Positions 1 through 14,700 of a DNA stretch of 64,000 nt are shown piece by piece. How positions within the stretch are numbered: the first letter of the stretch is position 1; each line of letters begins with the position of its first letter. This DNA is from Tubulanus polymorphus. Lineage: Eukaryota; Animalia; Nemertea. The notes under the pieces are model-generated. The model ran no database searches, was not told the DNA's origin, and saw nothing but the letters and a program-made list of their open reading frames with translations. Made by a program: the position numbers and the translations under genes. Where the stretch lies: contig NC_134035.1 of the NCBI RefSeq assembly GCF_964204645.1, forward strand, positions 12,494,451 through 12,558,450. The letters are read 5' to 3'.

Positions 1-610
1 ATAAAATACTGTGGTGCGCCAATAATAAGCGAATCATTCGCAGTCGGTTAGGTCAATATCTGCGAGTAAAATTTCTATATTCAACCAATATTTCGACGTG
101 TAAACTGAACCGCGCAAGATGACACGTCAATATTAGTCGCCGTAAATTGACTGTAAGATGACGATACTCACAATATAAAAACTACCATTCAGACGTATTA
201 CGTCACCATCAACGGTGTTATTTCAAAATGATGTACCATTTGGTTTCCGTAGACAAGTTTCCATAGACAAACAATTAAATTGATAAAAACCCATAATTAT
301 GAAGAAAAACAAAGAGTTTATTGACGTTTCAACTAAATTCTATGAGCTGCTTCAGGGATTCGGGAGTCAGAACATTGAATAAACTACTACCCTTAGAAAA
401 AAAGATTCGGACTTAAGTATTTTTGTTCTAAATTGTGAAATGTGAATTTATTTTCGTAAACCGGTTACGAGGTATCCAGTGCAAGCCAACAGGCTGTACA
501 TAAAATTAAGGCGCTGGAACCTTGTGCAGAGTGCAGGGGAATGTGCAGTGATACTTATATAAATAATGCTATTAATAACCTTAATGCTTACAATAATAAT
601 TATGCTAATC

Positions 611-1270
<660 letters not shown>

Positions 1271-2285
1271 AACAATAACTTATACAAATACAAATACAAT
1301 GATAATCATAATTACGGCAATATACTATAACCATTTATATTTCAGTAATTTAGGTAAAGATACTCATAATGATAATTGAAGTTTGTTTAGTGTGACATTT
1401 TCTAGATCATCTTCACAACACGGATTCAGAGTTTGTCATCAGTGGTTATCCCTTTCTAAGTGGTGTATGATGTCAATCGGAACTTTGTGGTGTTCTCTAT
1501 ATTTTCTCATTTTCTATAATGCGCCGCGCGAATAAATCAAGCCGTCCTCGTGCGTTCGTATAGCAAGCATACTGTAAGATCAGATAAACGACGAAAACTC
1601 TATGAAATCATTTATAGATAAGCAACAAACCTAATACATTATCCACTTTCTTTGATCTAAAACTTATGAGATGAAAATAACACGAATATACGCCGAGTCG
1701 GATGTTTGATGTATTTTTCTTGCTCAGTCGTTTTTACATCACTTTCGCATCTTGACTTCCATGAGAAAAAAATCATCGTAAAAACAACAATTTTTATAAT
1801 CATCATTCAAACGCGAGCTTTATAATGGAAAAGCTTCGCCTAGGATGTTGAGTTTTAACTAGTGAAACCATGTTTATAGATTTAAGCGGAAGGAGATCTT
1901 TTGAATTTTTAGAATTATAACTAGATAAAGAAGCTTTATTTTGGATAAGATCGCCTTGTGTTCCGTGTCAGTTTTTTTCTAGTCAAGTCAGAAACCACTT
2001 CATGCGGGCAGGTGATCGGGCAATTTTTTATTCTTCTGAAACGCAGACTTAGCATTAACAACTCCATATCGAAAATGGTTTTTGAAAAGAAAGAAACAAT
2101 GACCCAACAATGCCGGCAAAAATTATTGGGACAAGATGTTGAAAATACCTCGTTTGAGTGTAAACGTCATTACTCTCTGAGTATGAACACAATTTGATTA
2201 ATTTCGTACTGGATATCACGAACTATCGGGTTATAACGAACATATTTTCTAGTTCCTTGAAGTTCGCGGCAACGAGGTTGCACTG

Positions 2286-2522
2286 ATAATAAGATAAAAT
2301 CCCACTATTTACAGATTAAAAGAATTTAAAAACCAGAATTTATTTATTAAATCTAAAATATTTAAAAGACACGACGTTTCGATCTCACCCTAGAGATCAT
2401 CGTCAGGTGTGAGAAATAGACTTAAAACAGGGGTATATATACAGACGAGGACGGGTTATATCCTCTACCCCTGTTTTATCTTATTATCCGTTCACCACGT
2501 TGGAGTGTGGTCATCGTTCTAT
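2286..2522. mobile_element. Short Penelope-like element (family A) with a minus-strand hammerhead and 12-bp TSD
   Basis: Direct repeat GAGGTTGCACTG at 2274-2285 and 2523-2534; inverted internal junction; near-identical to 59022-59298. Confidence 0.85.
2369..2410 (-). ncRNA. Minimal type I hammerhead ribozyme motif (family A)
   Basis: Minus strand reads ACAC-CTGACGA-T-GATCTC-TAGGGT-GAGATC-GAAA-CG-TC-GTGT: intact core, 4-bp stem I, 6-bp stem II, GUC triplet. Confidence 0.8.
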
Positions 2523-3516
2523 GAGGTTGCACTGTCTTAGTTTAAAACTGGCTTATAGAATTGAATTGAAAAGTTACTAACTTTCATAGTTTTTCTTCAT
2601 AATTGTGTGCATTTTTTTCTGTAATTGAACTGTGAAAATGGTATATCATTGAGCGATTGACTGATTAGAGAGTCAGTAGAGATTATAGTGATAGAAACAG
2701 TGTAGAGGGGAGGGGGAAGCGTGCGTAAAAATTCTGGTCATATGAACCCGATTGATTTCATTTGACAGCGACACGGTCACCAATTGGCTCGGAATCGACT
2801 ACATCCTCTGATCGAGACGTGTCCCGGGTAATATCTCATCAGAATCGGGTATAGACGATTTACTGGCGCCGGTTTATATCGGCTAAAATAGGTTACGAAC
2901 ACACGCGAGACCCCGTAAACCTCGTTTGCGCGACAGCTACTTGCGTGTGGACCCTGCTCAGTTATTAATGATGGAAATGATACGGTAAAACAGTTTCTGG
3001 CGGTAAATAGTTTCCCTCGGGGCTCAGAAAAACACGCGGATCGCCTCCCCGGTCGTCAGGTGATTTGTCGCCAACTCGAGGATCGATGAAGCGTCGAAGC
3101 GAACTGTGAGAAATTGTCCACTCACCCCGATATCACTCGACACTATTCCTAAACACTGCCCTCGAGTCTAACGATCAAAACATCTTCATCAATTGCCGAA
3201 TAAATGGATTTTGTTACGCTCTGATGTCAGAACAAGTTTTCCCCTTTACTTTTCAGTTTCGTATATATTTTCCCCGTCAGCAGTGCTTAGTATTTACGGA
3301 AATTGGATCAATTATTTCGTAAGATTTTCCGTGTATTGAGTATCTTTTTTTTCAAGTGAATATCCACTGACTTCAGGACATTTTTGCGATCAATTGAAGT
3401 TTTCCTTCGAGTTTGACAGAATACAATATACGGATCATCGCCAATCAAGTGCGATTGCTTTTGACAAGTTTAATCGGGATTTTCCATTCAAATCGATTCA
3501 CCGTTTGACAGAGAGA

Positions 3517-3518
<2 letters not shown>

Positions 3519-3591
<73 letters not shown>

Positions 3592-3624
3592 CCTCCCTCC
3601 CTCCCTCCCTCCCTCCCTCCCTCC

Positions 3625-3715
<91 letters not shown>
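3519..3715. repeat. (CT)n/(CCCT)n microsatellite
   Basis: Direct reading. Confidence 0.99.
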
Positions 3716-3720
<5 letters not shown>

Positions 3721-4997
3721 GCACGGATTTCATTACAATCATCGCACCAGTAAATTCAATCTGTAGGAAACTTGCTTACAAGACAAACAATGTTTGCTGA
3801 CTCTGGTCAGACCGTGCTGGACACACGAATCTCTTATAATCGAATTCATTAGGATCAATGTTATTATATGGCATGTCATTTACTTGATCACCAATCGGAT
3901 TATTTATTGTATATGAACGCATATCTACGTGGTTCTGTCTGACTGTCTGACCGCAATTTATGTGTGGTACAGGGCTACTGGGAGCTATGGGTTTCAGCGG
4001 CCTAGTGGGAATCAGGAGTGGTCCACAGGAATGACGAAATTTCTTTATCAAAAATTAAAATCTAAATCTAAAAGACACGACATTTCAGACTCTACGAAAA
4101 GAGAACACCTTCAGGTGTTATCGTGGTATCGGGTCATGACTGTGCATTTGATTTCACTTAACTCCACCAAAGTAAGAGAAAGCAAGACAATTGTTACTTC
4201 GTGGCTTTACTAGCCGCCTTCATTTAAATTGTTATCTGTTGAGTTTATCATGAAATAAAAGCATCTGTGACGAGGATGAGAGTTTTATCTGTCGATGTAT
4301 GAAGATAGTCATAACTAAGTTTAACGATGAACAGAACATGCGATGTATCTATATTGTGGAGACATTCTAATACGGCCGCCGGTGGGTTTCACTCCGCGCT
4401 TCGCAATTCAGCGCATGAATGATTACAATTTTTAAACATAAGACGCTTATTTCCAGCCCGAAGATAGAGTCAAAATAACAAGACGCGAAGCAGCGACCGC
4501 CAGTCAATCAAAGGCGGCGTTATAACCGGGGAACAGGCGAAATAAACGTTGCACCAGTTGTAACGAAGCATATGATTGGTTAGATACGGTCGGCTGATTG
4601 GAGTGCGCTGAACTGTAATGTAAGTTGTCGTTTAATGACACTAGAACTGAGAGTATCGATACGACATGTATCAATACGGGCTCATCAGTAAAATACATCA
4701 TCAACCAACCGTGTACTCATTTTACAGCATCACCTCTCTCTCAACCCGCTGCTGCTGCAGCCGCTGCGACAAGTCTTCGATTTTTTTCCACGCTAATTTC
4801 CGAGACGCGCCGTGACACACCGGGCGAAAGATATTTATAGAAGTTACAATAAAAAAGGAACTACCATATGTGGACAGATTTTCACTTCACCCACTGGGAC
4901 CTGCAGTTCCATTGGTTCTCAATTAAATTTGCCTCGGCACTATAGACACGTCAGAATGAACTAATTCACATGCTGGAGTTAGATCTAACCGGGAACT

Positions 4998-5275
4998 CAG
5001 GCCCGTGACGAGGGGGCTTTGGATCCGGGGCAACGAACGAACCCCCTAAAATGTTCCTTAAGTGCCCATTAAGTGCCCAGGTCAGTGTAAAAAGATTCGG
5101 GTCAAGATTGTTCGAAATTTTAATTCAATTTAAGATTGTTTGGAAAATGAAAAGTATTCCAATCTCAAAGGATTTATTCAGGTACATACGTATTCAATAT
5201 CGGTCATTTTTCGGTAGGAAAGTGCCTCTCTTCTTGAAATAGAACTGCCCTATAGAAAAGCTCGACACGGTCCTG
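4998..5275. mobile_element. Non-autonomous DNA transposon-like element (CAGGCCCGTG...CACGGTCCTG); related copy at ~29332-29545
   Basis: Short TIRs; shared GAACGAACCC and TAGGAAA..GTGC..CTTGAAATAGAACT.CCC words in both copies. Confidence 0.55.
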
Positions 5276-5324
5276 GCGTTCGTACAGGTTCAGGGCTGCT
5301 TATTCCATATAGAATTAAAAACTC

Positions 5325-5366
5325 ACACCTGACGATGATCTCTAGGGTGAGATCGAAACGTCGTGT
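5325..5366 (+). ncRNA. Minimal type I hammerhead motif (family A) in a diverged element copy (~5310-5478)
   Basis: ACAC-CTGACGA-T-GATCTC-TAGGGT-GAGATC-GAAACGTC-GTGT; the motif is invariant while the downstream element body has diverged from other copies. Confidence 0.8.
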
Positions 5367-6686
5367 TTTTTAGATTTTTTGAAATAATAAATGCTCGATT
5401 TTAAGATTCTTTTAATTCGTACATTTTGGGTTTTTGTCTTATCATCCGTCCACCACGTTTGAATGTGGCTATTGTACTTAAAGCGAACAGTTTACATTTC
5501 TATGATTATTCCTATAAGCCAGTTTCATTCGATGTTGAAGCGTTATATTCTAGTGTACATACACGGCCAGTCTTTTCGCATCATAGCTACTTAAGAAAGA
5601 AAGGAGAGAAAGTGGGAGAGGGAGCAAATAACTGAATATATACATGTAAGTGTATTGTAAAACAAGTTAATTGGTTATAATAAAAGCTTTCACAATGAAG
5701 TGCATGAAGAGCTATAGCGTCTACTCCACAAACACTCCAATTTCTCGCGACGCAAACCGACGGTTCGTTCACCTGATAACCATCCTCCAAAAGCCAGATC
5801 TGAGCCTGAAACGACGAGGCGGTGATTAGTTTTTAAAGCGACTGTTTGAGATATTGATGAGGCGGCCCGAGGAGAGAGAGAGCGCAGTACCGGCTCGCTC
5901 AGAAACGTTATCCGCTGCGCGTGAAATTGAAATTTCGTTCGCGCAGAGTAACTTGTAAAAATTGAATTAGATTCCGCGTCAGACGTCGAAGTGCTCGCCC
6001 TTCTCTAATAACCCGATCTGTCATTGGGAGACGGCGAAAAAATTTCATAAAAATTGCTATAATGGATTTAAGTACGGCTACGTGTCAGGCGCTGTGGTGA
6101 CTGGTAATAAGATAAAATGACACGGTTGATTGTCTAAGCTTGATCCCGATGGTTGTTGCGACGATGGAATTTTCGTGTAGACCTGGTCGTGATGTGACTT
6201 GTAATTCAAATCCGCGGTGATGATTGTCACACTCGGTATCGACCGAAACCGTTCAAAATCTTAATCCGATTCTTCACACGCGATCGACTCGTCATCACGA
6301 CCTTGGGAACGCGCGCTATATGACCGCTAACAAATCTATTTCGTTCTCTCCCCCATTTCTCCCGACCGCCGGGATAATTGCTATGTATATCGTTATTTTG
6401 ATGGTGATGATTCTTCATTCCTCTCACAGCAATTTTACGACCATCAAACGTCCATTCCCTGCCGATATAACCGAGGTTAACTGACACCTTGGACGGGTCT
6501 GATAGCTCGGTTTATTGCGGACTTTCTATCGCTCACTCGCCATTTCTCCCGATAGCCAAATAGAAATGGCAAAAGAAAGTTTGATGATCTGATTAAAGCA
6601 ATAATATTCGATCGAACGAAACCGGGTTCGAAGACGTAGATTATGAATTACTGCGGAAATATTCTTTAGATATTCTTTTAGGTTTT

Positions 6687-6967
6687 AAGATAAAGATCCA
6701 CTGTCTACAGATTAAAAGAATTTAAAAACAAGAATTTGTTTATTCGAACAATCTAAAATATATAGAATACACGACGTTTCGATCTCACTCTAGGGATCAT
6801 CGGCAGGTGACGATGATCCCTAGGGTGAGATCGAAACGTCGTGTATTCTATATATTTTAGATTGTTCGAATAAATAAATTCTTGTTTTTAAATTCTTTTA
6901 ATTTGTAGATAGTGGGTTTTTTATCTTATAATCCGTTCACCACGTTTGAGTGTGGTTATCGTTCTAT
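6687..6967. mobile_element. Palindromic family A element with two damaged hammerhead motifs head-to-head
   Basis: ~120-bp inverted arms centred near 6805 and an unpaired tail ...CCGTTCACCACGTTTGAGTGTGGTTATCGTTCTAT; imperfect flanking repeat containing GGTTTTAA. Minus core is CTGCCGA; plus core lacks C3. Confidence 0.85.
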
Positions 6968-9229
6968 TCTTGGTTTTAATTGGAACAACCATTTGCTGCA
7001 ATATAGAAACGTTACAGGATGGTTGTATCATATTTGAAATGGTAAAAAGCGCCGCCCAGTACTGAGAATTTCCCCTATTTCATAACGTGTGCAAACCATT
7101 TGCTGAATGAAAAAAGTCCTGCAATAGAATCTTGTGCGATACTTGTGCGATACTATTTATTGAAATGTACCCACAACGTTTCGGCTGTTGACTCAGAGTA
7201 ATCACCTCGTCAACGATGGAGTTCCACCCGCTGATGGCTGTTAGTGTTGTCATTTCATTTGATTTATCGCATTGAATTCCATTGTGGGGCCATTTCATTT
7301 ACCTTAAGATGACACGGATTAGAGTGTTATTGTTCTAAGGATTTAATCCTAGCATTTCGAAATACGTTTTTTTTTGCTATCCGTGAATCTTAAGGTCTTC
7401 TATACACATTACTAGTTTTAGACCTCACGAATCGCAAAAGCAACATATGCGAGGTAGAATACATGTTCCGAACATTCAAAATGAACATTCGCGGAGGTGT
7501 GTGTAGAATTAACTGTTCATTTTTCCCCGAGTAAAACACCAATTTCACGAGCATGAAGCGGACTATCATCCGCTAATATTTACTGAAATAACCAGTTAAT
7601 GATTGAGCGCCGAGTCGCGAGGAATCGTGACTAATTTGTGTTCAAGGCGGCACGTAAATACCGTATTTATATGATAGATAGGTCCTTCGGGCTGTTATTG
7701 TCAGTGTATTGTCAGTGATATCTGAGCAGCGCCATTAATGGTTAACTGCGCGTCAATGAGGGAAAAAATGAACCCCGCTGAATCGGAATGATGATTGCAG
7801 GGCTTTCCGTTTATTGGTCGAGTGATGATAGAACTTACGGATTATTTGTATTTGATTTTATACAGGACGATCACGACGACTGGTTGTTACTGGTCTGATG
7901 ATCCATGAGAACGATACGCATGACTCGTCGTGAACTCTATATATCAAAGTATGATATATTTAACTCAAACTCAAACGGAAAAGTGTATAATCTTGCTTAA
8001 TTCATCAGTAGAATCATTTCTTTATAATAAACTTCTTTGCTATTTAATGTACAGTGATTCACCTATGAATGAATCTTCTCTAGCTAGGAATGAATCTTCT
8101 CTTATCCTTATGCAAAATATAAGTCTATATTCCTTCGCGTGCACTTGTTTTTTTATGTTGAGATATTGAGATTAAACTTTCAATAATTGCTGGATAATTC
8201 AAGGCATAGCGAAGAGATTATTGAAGTTTTGAATGAGACGTTATAATCGGGGTATATAGCATTGATAAGATATGAATGTAATGCGTAGTTCTGTATCGCG
8301 GCTATAACGACGCTTACAACTGATAATTTCCTATCTCATAAAACCGCCCGAATCTCTTTACCGCGGTTCTAGTAGATATTTCCCTGATTCTGACAGATAA
8401 TTATCTTACGAGGCGTATTTCCTATTCTGTCCGTTTCCCACGAATATAAAATTCGCTGACCTGAGAATTGCTCACAGCGAGCTTAATGCGATTTTAATAT
8501 TTTCATCAAGTCGCTTATTAGATTACGAATCAGTGGGCCACCAGGCTATCCAACCGCTAGACCACTGTGGCCTCTGCCGGTCAGTAGGCCGCTAGGCGTT
8601 ACAGCATTTAGTTAACGACTACGCAGTTCATCACTGTGCCCGCTGTCATTACAAGGTGTCATTACAAAGTAAGACATACATCGTTGCATGGTATTGAGTG
8701 TTTCCACCATTAGATCCATTAGTCTAATGTCTTATGTTTTTAATCCATTTTCAGACGGTTTAAAACTTATATTTAATTTCGTAATATGGGCTTTTAGTGT
8801 GATGACAATATGTACGGTAGTATACTGTCGAGCTGTCTGTCTGTCTGTCTGTCTCAGTTGGATGGTAAAGATATCGAATATTACACGAACACTCCTCAAA
8901 CATGTATATAATAACTCTCACCAGTTTTACGAACGATAATTTCAATCATCGCGAAGTAAAAGCTCGAAAACCATTTGAAAAATTAGAAATCATTTTATGA
9001 TTAATCGCGTGTTAGGAATTTGAGACTAATGCGAACCCACGCACAGTGTGAAAATACGGCAGAAAATTTCGCTTAAATCGCTCGTAAAAGATGCAATTAT
9101 TAAGCGACATATCTTCCCCAATAATCGAACGATTCGTTATTATCTATAGCAGGCCCGGATACAGGTCTAATGGGCCTTGTACACGGTCATATTTTCTTCA
9201 GAGCGAATTCTTAACTTTTAACTGCTTTG

Positions 9230-9421
<192 letters not shown>

Positions 9422-10363
9422 AATCTTATCAACTTCTCCTGCATGGTAGGATGATAAAGACACGTTTTCTACTTGCAAATGCTGTAAAATGCATCAAACA
9501 CACCCACGAATTTTCAAAGGTGACGCCTCAAATACTTCATGGCTTCGTGGCTTCTTCGCGGCTTGGCGGATAAGGTGTTTGACTCGCTACCGAGACGTCG
9601 TGGATGCGAATACCAGTGAAACCATTCGAGTAGTATATGTATCAGTGTTTCCCGACTCACTCATCTAACAACAATAGTCCACAGTCCAGAGAATCTTCCA
9701 ATATGACGATGGGAAATCGGAAGGAATTCAGACGAATATGCGTCACGAGACCTTCACCCGTGCAGGCTACAACTTACACAATCCCACGGTCTAACGTTCG
9801 ATGGTGTACGAGTCTGCTTGATATATATTAAAGATTTCGCTGGCTGTTGTAGGTTCAACTCGAACGAATGGTAGCGATAGTCGTTTATATTTTCAGATGA
9901 CACTTTAAGTCACATACCTCTTCTTGACTGTTGCTGGATAAAGTGCCGGATGTTGAGTGTGAAGGAGGAGTGCGTGGCGTGTATCACGAGGGCAGTGATC
10001 ATCGCACGAAGAAAATGCGTCCAATATTTCGTTGTAATAGACGCCATCCGTACAAACTCTACTATCATTCCGTGTATGAAATGTCTACTATAGCAGCTAT
10101 ACATGAAAATTCAATGATTTCATGAGTTTCTTATTGGATACACACGCATGATCTAATCAAAACATCCCTCACTTCTTTAACAATCTTTAACATTCCTCAT
10201 TATTTTAGAATTGTTCAATCGGACCTAATGCAGTTTAATGACAAAATAAAGTATCATCACATCATTACGAACTCAGATACCAAATGAAAATCTTTAAATT
10301 AATATTGTTCCCTTTCCGAAGCGTTAAGAATTACAGCATTCTATGACGCAAGTTCCGAAACGC

Positions 10364-10655
10364 GGACCAGTTGCACCAGCAGAAGTCCAAATGTGGTCGT
10401 TTTTCTCAAGACTGGCCTTTGCTCGATTGACTATTGAATCAAAATGAGCTTAGACTGGTCTTAAGTTATTAGATTGGTTATAGAACCTAGATGAGCTTAG
10501 ACTGGTCTTTAGTTGTGCGATTGGCTATTGAATCAAAACGAGCTTAGACTGGTATTAAGTTGTTAGGTAGACTGGTCTTAAGTTGTAAGATTGATTATAG
10601 AACCAAAATGACATTAGACCGGTCCTAAATCTAAGCCATAACTGTGCCCACTCGG
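10364..10655. mobile_element. Family E MITE copy with internally amplified ~50-bp subunit
   Basis: Repeated GAGCTTAGACTGGTCTTAAGTTGTTAGATTGG-like units between family E ends. Confidence 0.7.
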
Positions 10656-11561
10656 GGTAAGTGTCAGTAACGATTATTTGAGTTACTATCACTGTAGCAC
10701 TGTAAAACGAATCCTCGCTGGTTTTAGACCCCAGTAAATAATTGTCGCGCGCACACATATACATATAAGATAGTACGGAAGTTATATTTATCGGATTGGA
10801 CATGTTACAGCGACCGTAGACAATAAAATAACCATTCAGTTCGCGTCATTCCATGCATAAAATTCGTATCAACGTAAAGAGATCCTGCGATGGCCATTCC
10901 CGACTAACGACGTAAAAACCAGTAACGAGAATGAAAAGGCCAGAGCGTCAAATCATCGAGAGAGAGAGAGAGTACAGAGCTTCGAAAAATCCCTGAGAAA
11001 AAAATCATACAGATCAGGCAATAAATCAACAGTTTCTTTGGTTGATCGCAGCTCAAGAAATCTATTGGTAAAATGATGAGATTTGTTACTTATTTCCTTA
11101 CAATAACTCAGTGCTCACACCAATATTCAACTGCATGTCTATATATACTCAACGTCGTATACCGGGATACATATAATGCATTTTCTTTTTATGCACTGTA
11201 TCTGCAATCTGTGTCTGTAATTGATTTTTGTGTCGAGACAAAGAGTTTGTCGAATAAAGTAAAGTAAAGGAAAAACGGGACGCAAAGACAGTGCGCAGCG
11301 CAGTTTCCGGTTCGTGCGCGGCTCTGATTTTTCTAGCGCTTTTTGTCTTCCGCCGAATTCCCGGATCGGTCGCGTGTACATGACGTCATCGTTCGTTTGA
11401 CCGCCAAACAACGAAGCATAAATATTGGGAGGGACTTGCGGGATCGGTCGTGTAAATCACTCTTTGTTTTTTATCGTGATATGGCGAGGTCGCTTGACGA
11501 AAGCACATGGCTTCACGCGGCTAATGAAGCACTCCGTCAATGTTGTGAGGATAATAGTAGA

Positions 11562-11602
11562 AACGTCTCGACTATATCCTAATAGTCATCGTCAGAAATA
11601 CA
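11562..11602 (-). repeat. Degenerate family B hammerhead relic
   Basis: Minus strand CTGACGA-T-GACTAT-TAGGAT-ATAGTC-GAGA-CGTT (GAAA mutated to GAGA; stem I lost). Confidence 0.65.
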
Positions 11603-11792
11603 GTGGTATTATTGAAGATGTCTAGTGTGGGATAGTTGTAGGGTCGGAAATAATCATTAACTAAAGGAACCATTTTCGGACAATTTTTTCTCTCTGACTG
11701 TAGGATCTTAATATAACAGCCTTTACCATGGACTCTTTGGTCTTACAACGACGTCTCCGCTTTTTCTAGTTGCTGGGATGCGCTAAAAAGCC

Positions 11793-14700
11793 ATGAAGCC
11801 TCATCATTTGCCGACAGAATCACTTTATCAGTTTGTTATTTATTATTATCATTATTATAATATGTTTTTAGGAGTGGCGTTAGCAGGAAGGCGACAATCG
11901 TATGAATACCTATTAAAGCGCAGATTGAAGAGAGGTTACGACACCAGTAGTCGTCCAGTACGCGATGACTCGTCGAGTATTACTGTCACTATTGCTATGT
12001 CTTTATATCATATTTTAGATACGGTAAGTATAAAATTCACCAGCACGAACAGCTTGACAGTTTTCAATTCATTTATCGCTCGTTTATTTTTCACTCATTT
12101 ACCCACATTTTGAAGCTAACTATTTATTCACTATCGGCGAAAGCTCGTAATTTTGATGAAATCAGAACCTACTAGTACTAGTCAGTATACTCGCAACTGA
12201 TTTGATACTGGGTCTCACGCGCCTTATCTGCAACAGTGTTCAGTTTAAGCAACTGAAAGTAAACTAACATCTTAACTCTAGAGCCAAAATAGTCCATAAT
12301 TTCTGTCCGAAGAGTTACTAAAGTAGATGAAAATGAACCATAACTGGAACTTTGGAAGCGACGGATAACTTGATACGGCTTTTATATTTTTGTAGTGAAA
12401 TAAGTAGCTTTATTAATTACCCTAAGCTAAATCGATAGCGTTTCGTGTAAGTAAGCCATACGCGCAAGCAATAGGCCTAATTAATTCAATGCTCATCACG
12501 CCGAACCTGAAAAAAGCTTTTTAGAACCAGTGTAACTCATAAGTGGATTATATAAAGCGGAAACAAGCGAAGAAACGTCTCATTTCTGTACACGTCATTT
12601 CATACTAATTACCGCGGTATCTGTATGAATAAACAGATAGGTCTCCCACACGTCTCGTCGCTGTCTGATACAAGTCGCAATATTTCGATACCCAATAAAT
12701 CTCATTTGATTGAATTACTCGCTATTAATTAATCGTATTGAATGTTAGGCGCTGCTGCAGCAATCGTTCTGATTCAGATGTATCAACTGAATAGTGAACC
12801 TTACAGCGTATTGTCTGACGCTCTACACCACGCGTGAATCTTATTAGAACATTTTTATTAGCGTGTCTCGGCGAATTCCGCGTCGAAGTTCAAATAGGAA
12901 ATAACGTATATCGACCAAACGGCATCTCAAATACGCACGCCATGAATTCAACATTTACGTCCTCATCTGATACAGCGAACGAATGGCGACACAATTCTAT
13001 TCAATTTGTCCAGTATTAATTCTATAGTTTGACTGTTTTTCTCTTACCAACTAAATCGCCGTTCGAAATGTTTTATTCGCAGCTTTTTGATTTCAAACTT
13101 TCCAATAACAAATTTTGTTTCTAAATCCGTATATAGTGGTTTCTTATCTTTTAATAGATAATCATTCATGTTTGAGTGTGGCTATCCTTCTAGTAATTGA
13201 TTCCATTCGTTAAATTTTCTTTTCTTATCACAGTTTTAACAATCATTTCCTTAACCCGTTAAAAATGAAACGAACCAACGCAATATGCCGCTATTGCTGT
13301 GGATGGATTGTAAAACTGATGAAATCGCGTTAACCTCAGTGTGTGAATCAGTGGTAATCGAAGTAAATTTCTTCTGTTACAGAATGAACGTCATCAGACT
13401 CTATCGGCCCTACTGTCAATCAGACTGGTGAGTATTCATTCTTATTCAATCACTTTCTCTATGTCAGCGCATTTAAAGCGGATCGGTGTAGATATAACTG
13501 GATTATTTTCTCAGACATTACCCTCAGTAATCTACTCGTCCCGTAGTAGTTGTAAGTACTGTAGTTATCGGTGGCGCTGATATGTATAGAACTGCCCCGG
13601 CTATTGCGAGCTAACTTCAAGCGAAAACTCGAACGAAAATTTTGCGCGAAATTTGATCTAATTCTGATATATCGTGCGATTGCGAATACAAAATCTCAGC
13701 TATGAAAGGTTTTCATGTCATCCTTGTTCAAGATGGCTTAAAGTAACCTGAATAACTGTATATATTGAATCAAGTATAATAATTTGAAATCCCCTGAAAT
13801 GGAAAATCTTCGTGATTCTGTCACTATTCCTCTAAAGCTAACCTCAGGTCGACCTACGATGCGATTATCTCGCCGGAACGATCTGCGATGTTTTCGTCGG
13901 TAACCGTTCGACCTTGAGCTTAGCTTTAGGTTTTAAGCGATTGATTTCCTGATTAATTCATAATTGAATCCATATAAATATCGCTGCGTCTTTCAGCAAT
14001 GGTATGATGAATATTTAACATGGAATAAATCGGACTACGGCAATCTGAAAATGATCTGGCTTCCAGCTAATCAAATATGGGTTCCAGATCTAGTCATCAC
14101 AAACTAGTACGTATATTCTCCTATATAGGCTTCAATATAAATGAACTAACTGGACAATGTGCAGAATATGGCGATTCGCAATATGCGCTTTGATCGGGCG
14201 TCATAATGGCCGTCATGTGGCGTTTGACATCAGTTACAACCGCAAGCACCCGACGACGGCCAACATGACGGTGCGCTGTGACGTTATTCACGCGACATCA
14301 AACTCCTATTGTTCACCGGCGTCATTTTGGCCGTCAAAAAACGCTTTCAGCTGTGACTTCAATTTCTGTATATAGACGCACCCTGTAGTTCGGGAGGTGC
14401 GGAACCACTGGGGCGCATTAAGACATTCCCACGGCCAATTTGACGTCAAGTGAAGAACCCTGATATCTGGAAAGTCAATTCATACATTTTTTTGGTTGTA
14501 TCTAATTACTCATCTGTTTGTTTTTGTTCTATCTACAGTGCCAGTGAGGAATACCTTCCATACATGAACACTAACGCTATAATAGAAAGTAACGGTCGGG
14601 TTTTGTGGATGTTTCCGCTGGTCGTGAAAATCTACTGTTCATTGAACGTTCGTTACTTTCCGTTCGACGAGCAAAAATGTGATATCAAATTCATATCGTG

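Noticed and set aside
3394-3753. SL/ER/YI-repeat ORFs here and at 9091-9573, 17294-17875 and 53399-53973
   Set aside because: Dinucleotide microsatellite translations.
6687-6967. Classical MITE interpretation of the long palindromes
   Set aside because: Arms are asymmetric (unpaired tail), inversion points vary between copies, related copies have 12-bp TSDs, and the centre is a hammerhead motif; this fits Penelope-like retroposition better.
14450-14538. N-terminal part of ORF 14450..15094 (likewise 18987-19059 and 61052-61145)
   Set aside because: Intronic read-through upstream of clear splice acceptors; homology begins at the AG.
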